A stretch of DNA of 64,000 nucleotides, from assembly GCA_030141605.1 (NCBI GenBank), contig JAQGDQ010000019.1, positions 1,054,001-1,118,000 of the forward strand. The letters run 5' to 3'. The stretch is from Tubiluchus corallicola. Lineage: Eukaryota > Animalia > Priapulida. Below are positions 61,001 to 64,000 of the stretch, piece after piece. Position 1 is the stretch's first letter. Every line of letters begins with the position of its first letter. The notes under the pieces were generated by a model. It was not told the origin of the DNA and made no database searches. It saw nothing but the letters and a program-made list of their open reading frames with translations. A program made the translations under genes and the position numbers.

Positions 61001-63280
61001 GCCTTTTTCTTCAAAGTTTTTCCCATATGATTTTGTAACTGCGCCAAAATCTATGATGCCTGTATGAGGTGACCAAAGTGCTTTTAAACCCTGTAAATGT
61101 AAAGGTTAAGATGGTATTAGATCTAAACCACTATGCATGTGAAAATTGACTAGTGCTGAGAAAACGAGAATAACCAATGAGCAGAAACATGTGCACTGCT
61201 TGGTGCTCGAACTTCTCTTTTTTATTCATCTCAAAAACAAAATTTTGAAAATACTTCCACTCCTTTAAAAAATGTTTCCGAAATATTACTTCCGAGAATA
61301 TAATCATTTTATGTAGAATTTAAAGCAATAAACATGTTATAACTTTTATTTTGCATCATTATAGAATACTAGGCATGTTGTTTCACAGAAGTATACCAAA
61401 ACAACTTAGAGAATGAGGTATTTCTCATAGGAAAATATACCTCTGAAGAAATATCTCCTCAAACTAGTACATGCCAATGTATATAAAAACTAATCCAACC
61501 AAAACAGATAGGCAACAAAAATTTGTTGTTGCTACCAGGCCAACATGACTTGGTATTAAGGATACTCGATATGTAGGATAGAATGCATAGGATCAATTTT
61601 AGATGTGCCAGGCAAGTGCCACTAACACGTTGATACTATGTGCAGACCAAACAAAAGACACTTGGCTTCATTTTATTTAAGTAAATATGAAAGGTACCTT
61701 GCAGTTAGGCTCAAAGTCACTAATGTGGTCACCGTCTACAACAGTTAAATCAGGTACACCATTTTTTATTCCTCTATCATAGAGGTCATCTAACCGTGGA
61801 ATCTCATGCGGTTCCACAGCAACAATAAGCTGAAAAAATATACATATGCACAAAATCTCAAACAAGCAATAAGATTTCAATTTTGTAGTTTTCACAAACT
61901 TGGTAAGAATTAATAGACTTAATATCCAAAAAGCCTGTAATGTCAGTTGGCAATCAAAGTTATAAATATATTCATTAATAACTGTTTAACATCGAAATAG
62001 CATATATGCAGGTGAAGAGAAAGCACAAAAATTGGTAAAAAAAATCATAATCTTTCTAGAAAAGATCTTTTTTCAGGCCTTTTATCTACCTTGCCAACTT
62101 TCTTGTAAGGAATTGCATGCTCATCGCAGTATTTATAAATGAGTTTCATGCCCTCCACACAAAGTTTTGCTTTTAGAGAACCTGGCGTATAATATATACC
62201 AGCATGAATCACTCCACTGTTGTGGCCACTTTGATGAGCAGCTGAAAAACAATGTTACACATGTTTTTATGGATTATCTCAAATAATGATACAATGGACT
62301 AGTGGGTAAATCAAAATCTTTCTCCATCAGGTGGTAGCTTTCAACAAAAAGAGCTGACATTTTTACCAATCCTTGCCCATGGCCAATTTGCTCTTATTGA
62401 CTATGATTTCCTACAAGGTTCAGTGTTATTACTATAGCAAACTCAAGTAACATGCATGGCTTTACCACAAATTACCTAAGGTTTGACAACTGCTCAAATA
62501 TATTAATGCAACATAGTGGCCTGCATATACTGTAATTACTTTGCAAGGACATGGTTGCTCATTTGGCTAACCAATGTTACAAACACACCTACAACAGTTT
62601 ATTAATGACTATTTGACAATCAGTCATCCTAGTATTAGCTGCATACTTTTTTCCAAAGGTAAAGCTTGCTCACTTTAAAATATCAAAGCTCTGAAACACA
62701 CCCACAACAACTTACTACTGCTGGACAGTAGCATGAGTACTGACTACATAATTATATAAAAGTCACCTTATCATGAATGTGACCTTATCAGAATCATCAA
62801 ACACACTAACTACTGCTTTGTAATGTTATTGGACATTGGATACTTAATTACTCTCCAAATGTAAAAGTTGTTCTCATAGTTGATCTCACAAAGTTTCTTG
62901 GTAAGTTTCAATGTTGCTGATTTGGCAATATAATAGTTAACTATTGTACCATAAGCACAAAAGAAATCCTTTGTTTTAAGCATCAAATTGCTTAGCAGAG
63001 TAAAACCTTCTAACCACAATCTTACCAACATTCTTCTCTTTGTCAACCACTGCAAGCTTGAGGTTCCCATGTCTTGAGATTAATTCTTGAGCAGTTGCCA
63101 AGCCAATAATTCCTGCACCAACAATGACAACATCAAACTGCTTATAAGGTGATGTAGCATGACTTGTCTGGGTACTGCAATATGTAATAACAATTATAGT
63201 GTTCATTACGACACTTAACAATCAATATTACCTTTTGCTTTTTGAATATCTATGAATAGTTTGTTTTTCAGGGAAGAGAG
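58017..63280 (-). CDS. L2HGDH: Mitochondrial L-2-hydroxyglutarate dehydrogenase, 5' end not located; exons 63232-63280, 63026-63174, 62090-62241, 61698-61829, 60890-61090, 60584-60745, 59652-59809, 59052-59183, 58017-58212
   Basis: FAD motif [77 protein letters not shown] and [14 protein letters not shown]; intron phases are compatible. Confidence 0.96.
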
Positions 63281-63630
63281 CTAAAACAAAAAGTTAAAAC
63301 AATAACAGCAAAACAACAAATTATTGTATTGTGTGTAATGCAGTAATTGAAAATCAGTATTGAACTTAGCCTCATTCTTCTGTACAATGAATCAGAACAG
63401 TGTGGGGCAGCCAGATGCAAGCTGGAAACCCAATGAACAAGTCAGCTATGACAAGAAAGTGTTGTAAGCTGTCCCATAAATCCAAATTTTTCGGTATTCT
63501 CAACTTATTTAACTCAAAAATAATCAAAATAAAAAACTGATCTAATTAGTTAGAATCACCCAAGTGTAAACGATCTAACATGGCTTGCCAGGGATAAGCG
63601 GTGGACTTTGGACAGCCTTGACCACTGGGA

Positions 63631-63705
63631 GATGTGGTGGTCTGGTGGTTAAACTGTTTGCAATGTAAGCAGAATGCATCTCGTTCAAATCCAGGTTGCA
63701 TCCCA
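63631..63705 (+). pseudogene. tRNA-like remnant (tRNA pseudogene or SINE head)
   Basis: A-box TGGTCTGGTGG, B-box GTTCAAATCC and weak acceptor pairing GATGTGG/TTGCATC; the anticodon arm is non-canonical. Confidence 0.45.
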
Positions 63706-64000
63706 AAATTTTTCACATTTCCTTTCTTTCAAATTTGCTATTAAAATTTAATTAATTGTAGGTTTATAACATCATTGAACAAAATATCAAATATTTATAA
63801 CATAAACTAGCACACAATTTTAGAAATTGAGGACATTTGTGCCAAAATACAGAACATAATACTTCAGCTTCAGACAATATGGTATTTCATGTTTGAACAT
63901 TATAAAGATCTGTATGTAATATGTAACTGTAAAACTAATGTCAGTAAATTTCATTTAGCACCAACAATTCTATTCTAGCTTATCTGGTTAAGTAAAATTT

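Overview
AT-rich, intron-rich animal (probably invertebrate) nuclear DNA. Six spliced genes can be assembled by eye from splice junctions: a NAT16/histidine N-acetyltransferase-like GNAT gene, MED29, mitochondrial acetyl-CoA synthetase ACSS1 (14 exons), NDUFB2, EIF4A3 (11 exons, one GC-AG intron) and L2HGDH (minus strand, 5' end not located). One intact tRNA-Thr(TGT) gene is also present. Introns and intergenic DNA are full of transposon debris: a decayed near-full-length CR1/L2-type LINE, tRNA-derived SINEs, non-autonomous elements of pogo/Tc2, hAT, Kolobok and Ginger type, and a Harbinger remnant. The most notable observations are (1) two 36-39 bp perfect palindromes with CAAGGAC termini and exact 8-bp target-site duplications, (2) a duplicated EIF4A3 exon-4 copy in intron 1 with an intact acceptor and a GC donor, a candidate poison exon, and (3) a TGT..ACA element with a 5-bp TSD directly upstream of NDUFB2. 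Gene and family names come from motif recognition; no database searches were run.
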